Made by a program: the position numbers and the translations under genes. Below the pieces are notes generated by a model that was given only the letters and a program-made list of their open reading frames with translations, was not told the DNA's origin and did not search any database. From Octopus vulgaris (Eukaryota), in contig OX597838.1 of the NCBI GenBank assembly GCA_951406725.2, positions 18,228,001 through 18,292,000 on the forward strand: DNA of 64,000 bases. The letters are read 5' to 3'. This document shows, in pieces, positions 28,420-42,529 of the stretch (within the stretch, counting starts at the first letter, position 1; each line of letters begins with the position of its first letter).

Positions 28420-29025
28420 GAATTCCATGTCACATAATTTTTCGCTTCTGTACTTTCTCTAATTCCTTTTGTGTTGATCTACGTCACGAATACTTAGGCC
28501 TACCTCTCTTTCTATATCCATCCGGTTTCCTCTGTAAAGCACTTTTCACTACATTTGGTGTTTCTTTTCTAATTGTGCTACCAATCCACTTCCACATTTT
28601 TCTTAAATATTTGCACCCTAATCGAAACTTGATTTGTTCTTTGCCATAGCTCCATATTGCTTATGTGTTCGGGCCATCGAATTTTAAGTATACTACGCAA
28701 GCATCTGTTGATGGCTGATTGTATTTGTTTACTTTGAAAGCCAAACAGGCATTGAATGGTCGGATGCAGAAACTCTAGAAGATCTCGACTTTGCAGATGA
28801 TATAGTGCTACTTTCACAAACATATAGTCAAATGCAAAATAAAACGTCAAAATTAGAAGCAATAGCTGCCAAACTAGGATTGAAAGTCAACCGCGACAAA
28901 TCAAAAAATATGCGCGTTAATGAAGAAAACAGCAAACGTATTAAAGTAGAAACCGGTGAACCAGAGGATGTAGCCGAGTTTACGTATTTAGGTAGTAAGA
29001 TAACGTTTTCAGGCAGCACCGACGA
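28420..29025. mobile_element. RTE LINE fragment with an inverted 5' part
   Basis: + strand 28748-29025: LEDLDFADDIVLL...GLKVNRDKSK...FTYLGS (RT core). - strand 28740-28420: INRCLRSILKIRWPEHISNMELW...RKRGRPK. Confidence 0.85.
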
Positions 29026-29041
29026 AAATCAATTAACTCAC

Positions 29042-29253
29042 CTGTCTTTAATCTCACACCCATGTCTATAAGATAGACAAGGTCACTGAGGTAATCCAAT
29101 GTAATCCATAAGGCGACATACTTCCGTTGGAGTTCTCCGAATGCCGAGCGAGCAACGATAAGAAGGATGTTATAGATGACAGCCACTGACGTCACAGCCA
29201 ACCACCTGTAGTAGAAATTCCCCGAGGGATCTACAACGATGCCATGCCAGTAC
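29042..29253 (-). CDS. CNGA: CNGA internal exon (pre-S1, S1, S2): YWHGIVVDPSGNFYYRWLAV...LDYLSDLVYLIDMGVRLKT
   Basis: Typical CNG motifs VVDPSGNFYYRW and DYLSDLVY. Acceptor ttgcag (29255-29254), donor G|GTGAGT (29041). 212 nt with phases 2/1 that match both neighbouring exons. Confidence 0.95.
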
Positions 29254-29342
29254 CTGCAACAACAACAACAACAGCAACATCGACATTAATACAAAAATAT
29301 GTTTCAGTTGACGCACTCATTTATAAATAATAATAATAATAA

Positions 29343-30009
29343 ATGCGCCCTTTTAAAGCCTAGCCAGGCCCATGGGCCCGGTTTCCCGGTTTCTATGGCG
29401 TATCTCTTCCCCAGCTGGCCGGGACGCCAGTCCATCGCAGCGTTACACATTTTTGACAACTGAATGGACTGGAGCAACGTCAAATGAAGTGTTTTGCAGG
29501 AACTCGTGGAGCTTTAGGTGTTTTTGCTCAATAAACACACACAACGCCCGGTCTGAGAATCGAAACCGCGATCCTCCGACCGCGAGTCCACTTCCCGAAC
29601 CACTGGGCCATTGTGCCTCCACAGTTACACAAACTGTGTTGCAACGTATTGTTACATTCGCTTTTACTCCATTTGAATTTTGTTATAATAATGATGATAA
29701 AGGAGGCGCAAATGGCTCAGTGGTTAGGGCAGCGGACTCGCGGTCGGAGGATCGCGGTTTCGATTTCCAGACCGGGCGTTGTGTGTATTTTATTGATCGG
29801 AAACATCTAAAGCTCTACGAGGCTCCAGCAGGGGTGGTGGCGACCTCTGTTGTACCCTTTCGCCCCACCTTTCTCTCACTTCCTCTTCCTGTCTCTTGAG
29901 TAACGCTGCGATGGACTGGCGTCCCGTCCAGCTGGGGGGGGGGGACGCATACGCCACAGAATCCGGGAAACCGGGCCCATGAGCCTGGCTAGGCTTGAAA
30001 AGGGCGCAT
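29343..30009. mobile_element. Head-to-head pair of family-B-head SINEs carrying an alternative tail
   Basis: 29343-29620 (-) and 29702-30009 (+) share the head and the gggcccatgRgcctggctaggc...aaaagggcgcat tail. Confidence 0.88.
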
Positions 30010-31648
30010 AAATAATAAATAATAACGATAATACATACTAGTAGCAGCTGTGGAAATTCCACGGCTGTTTAGCAAAAATAAGATTGTTGGAAGTTCACAG
30101 AAAACCACGACATACAAAATTACTATAGAAAATACATTTTCCCGAAACATTTGATTGTCTGGCTGATGTAAAGTCTGCATATTTAGTATTTAAGGTGCTA
30201 TTGTTGGAGAGAACATCTTTGAAAATAGTATTTATTGCGGCCATTTCTAACATGAAAGTTATCTGTTATTTTTATCTTTACACTAAGTAGTGAACGCAAT
30301 CTAAAAAGTGCTATATATTATTGCCTATAATAAAATATTAATTTATTTCCCTTCGCCTTTCCATTGTGACAGTGCTATTTTTCAAAGTATAGAAAATGTG
30401 TTGAAAGAATAATGTACGTAGCAAAGCACTTTAAACCGTCTTAAATATGGAACGAAATCGAAGACATAATCTGTTATGATAATATTCTGATACCGTGCAA
30501 CTCTGCTGCAAGCGATTTAACGAATTTTAATATGCTGGACCCATGGAAATACCATGGTTGTTGACGACCGAAACAATAATTACTATGGCATATATTTGTA
30601 CAAACACACATAATTTCGTTGAAGTAATTCGTGACCTGTGGGTGGATAGATGAGAAGAACAAACAAAAAAAAAGAATTTTTTTAGAAAATAAATATTTTC
30701 TTTTATTTACGTTTAAATTAACATTGATATGCAATTTATGTAATGACTATTATTTGCAAAGAAAGAAATCAATGAAACAAAACACATCAATAACAATCAA
30801 TAATTAATAACATTATAAGCATAATAATGAAATATCAATCCAATTATTATAACGTTGTATTGATTGAATCATTGTACAATTAATTATCATTATTATGAAT
30901 ATATACCATTAATTTGAATGCTCCCTCATACGCAATGTTTTTAGTAATAGATTTTCTTCTTTGCTTTCCTTGCCAATTGGTATTAACTGCTCCAACATCA
31001 CCATCAGTTTATTTCCTAGCCCTAACGACTACAACATATAATTTTCCATGACCAGATACTAGTTGTAACAAGCAAATCCCTATCTTATTAAATGTTTGAT
31101 TCCGTTCTGTTTTGTCATTCAATAAGTTAATATAACAGGAAACAGGTCTGTCTAAAGAAAAAGTAAATTTCAATTGCTAGCTGTTTGATTTTTAGGTACC
31201 AACGATCGCCTATCTGCCAAAACTCTACCTGTTAACAAATCTCCGATGCAATTACGATAGAGCAAATGAATTAAGTGGTTCTGTAGTGTAGTGTTCATTA
31301 ACAGCCTGATTATCAGTAACGATTTAATTTATACTAAAATACGCTCGAACATTTTCTGATAGCAATTTGAAAATCTCATTTCAGATAATCAGAATACTTA
31401 AGGGGAAAGTATTACACGTGATCGCCTCTCTTCCTCAGATGCGCCAATGAAAATGTAATTCATTAAAGAACCTCCGTGAAAATGATGGCACTTCGACATC
31501 AATCTGGTTCTTATCCCTGTAGAGTTGGCGTGGTTCTATTTCCAAGCAGACACAACCAATTTGCAAAGTTGCTTTGTTCTTTTATAGTTCTCACATGATG
31601 AGTTGAGAGTGAAAGTCTCTCAAAAGCCGACAGAAATGAGATTATTTG

Positions 31649-31702
<54 letters not shown>

Positions 31703-31744
31703 CTGTGTGTGTGTATATATATGTATGTATGTATATATATATAT

Positions 31745-31825
<81 letters not shown>

Positions 31826-32697
31826 CGTATGCATGTATATATGTATATGTATATGTATGTTGTGTGTGTGTGCGCGCGAGCGTGTGTATATATATGTATC
31901 ATTGATCCGATTGACAAATTTAGGTTTCATGGATGCTTCAACAACGAGAATTAAATCTGGATGTCATAAGACACAGGTTTTCCTAAACTTAGTAGATCTA
32001 TACTATGTGGATCAAAGGTTCTGGTAATTCAAATAAGCTATGTAATATCTTAATACCTACCTGTAATGTAGCATCAATATTTGTCCACGCAGTTTTTCAT
32101 ACATTAAAATTTTTGCTCCTAAGGTAAGTAATTATCATATTCATTAAATAAGGTTTATCACATCACCCTGGAATATTGATATAGAAGCAATTATATTCTA
32201 GGATTTTCCCTCTTTTCCCTCAGTTCGCTGTGAGCCTTTTGATATAGAGCGTTGAGTCACGTGTATAAGATATAGTAATGCGTCGTGTATATATACTCTC
32301 TTCCCCTGCTTCGTTATATTATATATCCAATACAAGTATATAGAAAACAAATATGGCGTTCTCTTTCATATCTATTTTCTCGTCTTTATTACTGCTCCGG
32401 TGATCGGTATCACGATTCTGCCCTCGGCTCCTATATTAACAGTTCCCTATACCAGCTCATTCTTTCTCTTGTTAACTCAAGTTGTATGTCACTGCCGATA
32501 TTTTATAAACAAATATTAATTTCCAATAAGTAGACAACAACTAATAGCATTAAAGTGCATGCGTTAAGAGATGGATGTTTTAATAGTTCAATAAACAAAA
32601 ACTACTCTTCGATGTCCCCGCCTCAATACAGCAACCACCATCGCCACTATTATTAAATGTGAAACTGTTTTGTCACCTTTCATTATCTGACATCACT

Positions 32698-32765
32698 TTT
32701 CGTTATCTTTCGTTACCTTTCGTTATCTTTCGTTATCTTTCGTCACCATTCGTTGCCTTTCGTCA
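32698..32765. repeat. 10-bp minisatellite (ttcgttatct), ~7 units
   Basis: Direct inspection. Confidence 0.9.
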
Positions 32766-32988
32766 CACATCACTTATACTCTCGTTGAGTCACCTGTAAG
32801 TCAGCTGTTGGTTGTTTCTTATAAACTACAGTGTGCATCTATGATCCAGTCACCGATTCTTAATAGTTGTTCTTTAGCTATTACAGACGGTGATATACAG
32901 CTATGGCCCAGTCACTGATACTTCACTATATCTGTTAGAAATCAATTGATAGTAAGTCATTATAGACAGTGATATACATCTGTGAGTC

Positions 32989-33684
32989 GAGGCGCGTGGC
33001 TTAGTAGTTAGGGTGTCAGCACCATGATCGTAAGATTGTGGTTTCGATTGAGCAAAACACTTCATTCCACGTCGTGTTCTTGAGCAAAACACTTCATTTC
33101 ACGTTGCTCCAGTCCACTCAGCTGGCAAAAATGAGTAACGCTGCGATGGACCGGTGTCCCGTCCAGCTAGGGAACACATACGCCATAGAAAGCGGGAAAC
33201 CGGGCCCATGGGCCTGGCTAAGCTTTAAAAAGGGCACATTTATTTATTTATTTATTATTATACATCTATGAACTGGTCATTGCAACTTCGCTATGTCTGT
33301 TAGACACCAGCTGATGGTCGATTATACAGTCTGCGGTATACATCAATGATCTTATCTCAGGCACAGAGGGCGCGTGGCTTAGTGGTTAGGGCATTCGGCT
33401 CATGATCGTAAGGTTGTGAGTTCGATTCCCGGCGACGCGTTGTGTCCTTGAGCAAGACACTTTATTTCACGTTGCTCCAGTCCACTCAGCTGGCAAAAAT
33501 GAGTTGTACTTGTATTTCAAAGGGTCAGCCTTGTCACTCTCTGTGTCACGCTGATTATCCCCGAGAACTACGTTAAGGGTACACGTGTCTGTGGAATGCT
33601 CAGCCATTTGCACGTTAATTTCACGAGCAAGCTGTTCCGTTGATCGTATCAGCTGGGACCCTCGTCGTCGTAACCGGCGGAGTC
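32989..33684 (+). mobile_element. Two SINE family D copies (32989-33240, 33367-33684); others at 56315-56642 (-) and 60061-60250 (+)
   Basis: tRNA-like head ggcgcgtggcttagtRgttaggg...catgatcgtaag...ttcgatt, core cacttYatttcacgttgctccagtccactc. Confidence 0.82.
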
Positions 33685-35345
33685 TTTTTTTTAATCTCAG
33701 GCACAATAATATATTGTAACAATAAGAAGACTAGTTGTTGGTCAGTTATTTTTTTTACGCCACAGTGTATATCAACGACTTGATCACTGATATTTTGCCT
33801 TATCTCTCTTGATATTCGTCATTAAAATATGCATCAGTTTTTAAAAAAATATTTTCAGAAAAATAAAAACATATTCTCGCAATGTTTTAGAAGCAATGAT
33901 TGCATAAAAGTCTAAACAGTTAGTCCAACTGACATGTTTATGATTGTTGTAAAAGAGATGTCACTGTGGTTGGTCTTTCACGCAATTTCTTTACACAACA
34001 ATTAAACTCACATGAATTTCAAGGAAGAAAGAGAGAAATACCATCAGTAAACTAGCGCCTTCGGCTAAAAGCGGACCACATGAAATCTAATTTATTTCCT
34101 CTTTCTTTCACAGTAACTGTGTAACCTGCAGTAATCTGGTGCCAAACTGCACTTTATTAATGCAAATACACACGCACGCACGCACACGGACACACAATAG
34201 CACACCTACACTTACAAACGCACAAAGACACATACATAGTTAGTGTTCTGTTGAAGGAGTGATGACGAATCAAACAAATAGTAAAATAGAAAAAGAAACA
34301 AGGAAAATGGACGCCACGTCATTTGGTTCTGGATTGCTCGTTAAACACACATAAATCTGACAAGACTGGAAGCGATACAAGTTGAATACGCAGTTTTAGT
34401 TTAGATTAATTCTACTGAAACTACGGAAAGATACTTGAAAAATAAATGATGAAGCTAAAGTTTAATTAAATCTCTAACAACATATCTGGCAGGAATTAGG
34501 TTAACATCAAGTGTTTTCAACAGTTTATTGCTCAACGTTAATGGGGTTCATGTATGACTCTGTGGTTCATATGTTCGCCTCACAACGTCTTGGTTTCTGG
34601 TTCGATATCACTGCATGTCAGATGAAGTGTGTTTCTTATTTCTTTATAGCTCATAATGGGCTAAACATAGAGGGGGACAAACAAGGACAGACAAGCGGAT
34701 TAAGTCGATTAGATAGCTCCCAGTGCGTAACTGATACTTAATTTATCGACCCCGATAAATTTTGCTCGACTAAAAGGCGGTGCTCCAGCATGACCACAGT
34801 CAGATGACTGAAACAAGTGAAAGAGTATTGCTGTTGTTGGCTTTTAGTACCAGTTTTGGTGTGGCTCAGCAGAGCTACAGTCAGAGTTAATCCAGCCATA
34901 ACCACCCCTTTCTTTATTGAGCTATAGTATATCTATATCTGAATTAATGTGGTGTGATGTGATGAATGGATTATCTCTACCCAATTCTATCAAGCCCATG
35001 ATCAAAGACAAGCTAGACGTGACATCTCATCTTATTCAAAATACAAAGTGTACGCTAAGAAGGTACATTATTTAGTATACTCTTCTACAGAATATATCTA
35101 TAGATTTTAGCTATCACTTTATACAATAGACAGATGTAAACACTTCCGCGTTATGGCCCGTGTCTTCGTAAACAAGATTCAGTTCTGTGGTTGGAATTCC
35201 ATCAATGACAATAAACTACAGAAATTTTCTGTTGCACGACACAAAACATTGTCAGCTACATATGTCGATATGTCACTTTGTAGGAGTAACAGACATACTA
35301 TATAGTTCAATAGGTTATTATATAAGCCAGTTCGTTGCACTCACT

Positions 35346-35401
<56 letters not shown>

Positions 35402-35403
35402 TA

Positions 35404-35657
35404 CAATGTACATTTAAACACATAAGAGGGATCCGTCATAGGATTCCTGGCACACTAGAAGGAACAGCTAAAGTCCAAACCACTATTAGGGATAAAATTT
35501 CGAAGGGAATGAAAAATAACACCATTTAACATCTACATGTTTCTATTTTTCATTCCCTTCGAAGTTTATCCCTAATAATAGTTTGAACTTTGGCTGCTCC
35601 TTCTAGCGTGCCAGGAATCCTATGACGGATACTCCTTATGTGTTTAAATGTACACTG
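35404..35657. repeat. Long imperfect inverted repeat (~115-bp arms, 25-nt loop)
   Basis: 35404-35518 is the reverse complement of 35544-35657 with about 10 substitutions and a small indel. Confidence 0.95.
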
Positions 35658-35879
35658 ATATGCCCCAATATTAAACTATTTTTTTTTAGTCAATACACGG
35701 TGATTGCTTGTAAGCTTTAAGCTTATAAAATATTAATGTGTGTGTGTGTGTGCGTGTGCATGTATCTATGTGTGTATGTATCTTTGTCTCTGCGTTTGTT
35801 CACTTCCACTGTTTGATAACCAGCGTTGGTTTGTTTACGCTCTAGTTACTTAGTGATCCGGCAGAAAAGACCAATAGAT

Positions 35880-36160
35880 TACAGGCTGTTCGGGGATAAA
35901 TTTGATAGTTTGCATGAAAGGTAAAGAAAACGCAATGTCCCATCATAAAATGAAGGTTTAAAAAAAAAATCAAAACGTATCAACTAGATTATGACCGGAG
36001 GGCTATAGTTTCTTTAAAGTATCTGACACCAACGTCTACCACGGCCTCAAGACAGCTCCGGAGCTTGGCGTAAGCGTTCCTCACAGTGTTCTTAGGAAGA
36101 TCTTTGAATACCTTCTTAATCTCGGCTACCAGCTCGGTCTTGATAGTGGCAGGGTCACGA
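35880..36160 (-). mobile_element. Tc1/mariner (maT-like) transposase C-terminus and right end
   Basis: TELVAEIKKVFKDLPKNTVRNAYAKLRSCLEAVVDVGVRYF; terminal tacaggctgttcggggataaatttg. Confidence 0.6.
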
Positions 36161-36283
36161 AATGTCTTACGGATATCGTTGTTGCTTTGAAGGAATTTCT
36201 TTAATTTCTTCAATGTTAGAGAAATGGCATTTCTACTGAGTAAGCATTTCTACCTTACATGTGATGTCACCAATGTATATCTG

Positions 36284-36827
36284 TTTCTTTATTACCCACA
36301 AGGGGCTGAACACAGAGGGGACAAACAAGGACAGACTAACGGATTGAGTCGATTACATCGACCCCAGTGCGTAACTGGTACTTAATTTATCGACCCCGAA
36401 AGGATGAAAGGCAAAGTCGACCTCGGCGGAATTTGAACTCACAACGTAACGCAGACGAAATACAGATATAGGTATTAAGTCGATTACATCGACCCCAGTG
36501 CGTAACTGGTACTTAAATTATTGACCCCGAAAGGATGTAAGGCAAAGTCGACCTTGGCGGAATTTGAACCCAGAACGTAACGGCAGACGAAATATTTATT
36601 TCTTTACTACCCACAAAAGGCTAAACACAGAGAGGACAAACAAGGACAGACAAACGGATTAAGTCGATTACATTGACCCCAGTGCGTAACTGGTACTTAA
36701 GTTATCGACCCCGAAAGGATGAAAGGCAAAGTCGACCTCGGCGGGATTTGAACTCAGAACGTAACGGCAGACGAAATACGGCTACGCATTTCGCCCGGCG
36801 TGCTAACGTTTCTGCCAGCTCGCCGCC
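36284..36827 (-). mobile_element. SINE family C trimer (middle body shortened)
   Basis: Same architecture; flanking atgtcaccaatRtatatc repeat at 36264 and 36839. Confidence 0.9.
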
Positions 36828-37266
36828 TTCTCATATATATGTCACCAATATATATCACGTATCGAAAACCTCCACCTCACATGTGATGAACCAATATGTT
36901 GGACTTATATGGTAATTTGAGGGAAAATTTGGCTGTTGCTTCAAGCAAGGCAAGGAACAGCGTAGAGACTTCCACCTTGGCTTATTCTTGCGGGTGTTTG
37001 TTCTCTGCTTCAATTCATATTCTTACTCGACAGCAATCAACATTGATCAGCATTGATCGCCATCGATCTGCGCTGCTTACGAGTTTTGTGCACTTTGGTA
37101 ACAATCAATATTTTCTTAAGAAGTCAGAAATAAACAGAAATAAACTAATATTCCAGTTGTAAAGGTCTATTGATGTTTTAGCCCCAGGTCTGACCTGATC
37201 CAGTAAAACAACGATCAAAGCCTGCTCTCAACCATAACTATAACGTCATTTTCACCTTTTTAGGAA

Positions 37267-37617
37267 AATGTAAGACTATTTTATTTAATTGGTCCTTTCC
37301 TTATCTAGACGTTAGGGTATAATTTGAAGGACATTTGGCTGCTGCTTCAAGCAAGCAAGTGACCATATCCCTTGCTGGTTCTTATTGTCTTTCACGTATC
37401 TGTGAGTTTCTCCCTTTCAATAATAAGTCTGGCGAATTTAGGCGAATGTAAGACCATTTTATTTAGTTGGTCCTTTCCTTATCTAGACGTGAGGGTATAA
37501 TTTGAAGGACATTTGGCTGCTGCTTCTAGCAAGCGAGTGACCAAGTAGAATATCCCTTGCTGGTTCTTATTGTCTTTCACGTATCTGTGAGTTTCTCCCT
37601 TTCAATAATAAGTCTGG
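37267..37617. repeat. Tandem duplication of ~180 bp
   Basis: atgtaagac...taataagtctgg at 37267-37431 and 37447-37617. Confidence 0.9.
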
Positions 37618-38231
37618 AAATTTAATGTTTACGTACTCTGATCTCTGATCTTTCACTCTAATCTCTGATCATATCACCAGGTACAGAAAGCATAAAAATT
37701 CAAAGAAGCCCTGTTCGGTGAAAACGATAAATGTTACAATTCGGAGTTATAGTTCAAAACACGTAGTAACTTGGAACATTTCAGTGGTTTTACATGCTTT
37801 GAGATCAAAAGAGAAAGTGAAAGTATCGTTAGATGAAATCTAGATTTTCGAAATTGATGTCGAGGTGTCGTCAAAAGAAGTGCAGAAGTGTCAGCATATT
37901 TGATATAGAAGCATAGTCACATGAGGTTCTCACATGAGATGCAGCATGTTTCGGTATATGAAATGCTGAAGTAACATCACATAGAACCCAGGAATGTTTT
38001 CTTGGTAGAAATGTCATATATTTAGTACAGTGTATAGCATGACATAGTATATATCATAGACGGCAATATGCCATAGTGTAGAATATACCACAGTATAGTA
38101 TAAATTGTAGTACAGAATTTCCTCTTTAAGAACTCGGGTTTTGAAAAGGTTTAACGAAAACGATCACACATTAGAAAAAAAAACTTATTCCCAATGAAGG
38201 TTAGTAACATCCCCATAAAAGATTTCATAAC

Positions 38232-38280
<49 letters not shown>

Positions 38281-38367
38281 CTGTTTATAAATCACCTTTA
38301 CACTTCGAAAACTGTATTAAGTAATTCTCATAGACTTTCAAATACACACACACACACATATGTACAC

Positions 38368-38447
<80 letters not shown>

Positions 38448-38448
38448 T

Positions 38449-38507
<59 letters not shown>

Positions 38508-38508
<1 letters not shown>

Positions 38509-38789
38509 GAGGCGCAATGGCCCAGTGGTTAGGGCAGCGGATTCGCGTCGTAGGATCGCGGTTTCGATTCCCAGACCGGGCGTTGTGTGTGTTTATTGAG
38601 CAAAAACACCTAAAAAGCTCCACGAGGCTCCGGCAGGGGGTGGTGATCCCTGCTGTACTCTTTCACCACTCTTTCTCTCACTCTTTCTTCTGTTGGCCTG
38701 CTCGCTTAGCCGGCAGGCTAAAAAACAATGCGAACGCATTGTGACCAGCGATGTGTAGCAACATCTGATGGTCTGGTCGGTCACGTGAT

Positions 38790-38797
<8 letters not shown>
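38508..38797 (+). mobile_element. Family-B-head SINE with a third tail type
   Basis: B head, then a distinct tail ending ggtcggtcacgtgatcacgtga. Confidence 0.85.
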
Positions 38798-38847
<50 letters not shown>

Positions 38848-38848
<1 letters not shown>

Positions 38849-39240
38849 GGCGAAGGAGTGGCTGTGTGGTAAGTAGCTTGCTTACCAACTACATGGTTCT
38901 GGGTTCAGTCCCACTGCGTGGCACCTTGGGCAAGTGTCTTCTACTATAGAAGTGAGTGGATGTTGTAGACGGAAACTGAAAGAAGCCTGTCGTATATATG
39001 TATATATGTATATGTATGTGTGTGTATATGTTTATGTATCTGTGTTTGTCCCCCCACAACATCGCTCGACAACCGATGCTGGTGTGTTTACGTCGCCGTA
39101 ACTTAGCGGTTCGGCAAAAGAGACCGATAGAATAAGTACTAGGCTTACAAAGAATATGTCCTGGGTTAGATTTGCCTGATTAAAGGCGCTGCTTCAGCAT
39201 GGGCGCAGTCAAATGACTGAAACAAGTAAAAGAGTAAAGA
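38848..39240 (+). mobile_element. SINE family A
   Basis: Matches the consensus, with a small internal deletion. Confidence 0.9.
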
Positions 39241-39689
39241 CTATATATATATATATATATACCATGTGTAATAATATAATATGTACAATTATGCAGTATA
39301 TGCTATATTGCTGTATGCACTACCGTATGTCATAGTACTGTGTATGCCTTAAGCATAGTATATATCATAGTGTGCTGCTGTCCCTCCCACTGCCTTTGCT
39401 GCTGCTGCTGATGATGATGGTGATGATGATAATGATGATGATGATGATTATGATGATGATGATGATGATGAGGGTAATGTTGATGAATTGCAGTAGAACG
39501 AGAATACTGGAAGAAACAAAAAAAAATCAAGGAAATGCATTCGATTTGCATTCCTGAAGCGCTGCGCAGTTTGTTGAATGAAGAAAAACCAACGCTTGTA
39601 GTAAGACCAACAACAACAACAACAACAGGAACAGCAACAACAATAACAACAACAACAACAACGAAAATAATACAAAACAATTACAAATA

Positions 39690-40690
39690 CAACACTGTAT
39701 GGAAAGTGGTGGTGGACGTTCGGTGCCAAATTGCTGATGTCTATGATTGCAACACCATTAAGTATTGTCTTTCAGAGTTCTCCCTTTTGGTATAGAGTTT
39801 TGATTTATGAAGAAATCTGTGTTGTCTCTAATCAATACAAACTATCTTAATAGATTAATAATAGCTGCAGAGTGAATTTAGGGCGGATGTATTGGATGTC
39901 AGAAGTTTCATTGATGATGAATTGATTGTGTACTCCTGTACGAAGTCAGAGGTTTTATATCGATTACCTGCATAGTCCTCAAAATAGAGGATTTCAATTT
40001 TTTAACTCTAAGCTCCTAAATTCATTAGATGCACTCCTTTATACAACCAGAAGGTTCTAATTTATCGATTATGTCTGAATTTATTTGTTGTACTCTTGTA
40101 CATAAGAGATTTTCAATTGAATGGTTATGTACCACTGTACTTAATCAGTTTTTTAATCTGACTGATTGTACTCTATTTCACGAGTACCTAAAAAAACTAG
40201 TCAGTAGTTAGATTAAATCAAATTGTCTTTTTGTAAATATGGATAGTGGACTGTCCACCCCTATATGTTTTAGACTAATGAGAAATCTTTCTGAGATGAT
40301 TCTTGGTGCTTGAACATCTCCTGCCTCTCCACGACACAGTGAAAAGGGCCATTTTTACAGGCCAAGAACATCCCTAACATATTTGAACTGTGAGCCTACT
40401 GCAAAATTTGTTCGAACCCTGCGGCTGTTGCACGCCTTCAAGTGGATAGTATCTCCTGATTTTCTATAAGGAAGCTACGACTCCCCAAGTCATTTCCGGG
40501 TTGTCCCGCTTGGTATTCGATGTTGACGATAGCAAGGGAGCATGAAATGCATTCCTCGGTTCACATGACGGTGAAGCACTCTGTTGGTGTTTTAACACCT
40601 GTTGCCGGAAGTGAGAATTTTCTTCACGATAAACCGCAATGTAAATGGACTTTTTACAGGTCAAATAGATTCCCAAGCTCTAAAAGATTA
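39690..40690 (-). mobile_element. Old, heavily decayed LINE-like sequence
   Basis: Non-microsatellite complex sequence with no intact ORF; an RTE-5'-like ctgtgtcgtggagaggc is an impression only. Confidence 0.2.
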
Positions 40691-40759
40691 TTATATACAC
40701 ACACACACACACACTTTATAAAACAACATGTCCGGCGTTAGTGTTATTGTTCTTGATAT

Positions 40760-41760
<1,001 letters not shown>

Positions 41761-41980
41761 ACATATACAAATACGTACGTGCATACATTTATTGGCACGA
41801 CAACTTACAGGACGTTTCTTGCACACGGAAAGCAAACCAGGATGTGTTGTTAAGAAACTCACCTGATTCCGTGTTCCATCCCGCTACCCCGTATCTCACG
41901 CAAGAGCCCTCTCACATAACCTCACAGGTTTACTAATGGCTCGCGTGAACAAAACACCCAGACACACACACATATATATA

Positions 41981-42177
41981 CTCTTTTACTCTTTTACTTG
42001 TTTCAGTCATTTGACTGCGGCCATGCTGGAGCACCGCCTTTAGTCGAGCAAATCGACCCCCGGGACTTATTCTTTGTAAGCCCAGTACTTATTCTATCTG
42101 TCTCTTTTGCCGAACCGCTAATGTTACGGGGACGTAAACACACCAGCATCGGTTGTCAAGCAATGCTAGGGGGTCAA

Positions 42178-42230
<53 letters not shown>

Positions 42231-42403
42231 CATATATACGACAGGCTTCTTTCAGTTTCCGTCTACCAAATCCACTCACAAGGCATTGGTCGGCCCGGGG
42301 CTATAGCAGAAGACACTTGTCCAAGATGCCACGCAGTGGGACTGAACCCGGAACCATGTGGCTGGTTAGCAAGCTACTTACCACACAGCCATTCCTGCGC
42401 CTA
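41981..42403 (-). mobile_element. SINE family A
   Basis: Reverse complement of the consensus, full length. Confidence 0.9.
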
Positions 42404-42529
42404 TATATATATATATATACGACGGGATTCTTTCAATTTCCGTCTACCAAATTCACTCACAATTAATAATAAATACAACATATCTCTTATAGTTACAGGA
42501 AACGTTCAAGGAATCCAGCTAATTCTACC

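Noticed and set aside
32698-32765. CRISPR-like array
   Set aside because: Contiguous 10-mers with no spacers in a eukaryotic context.
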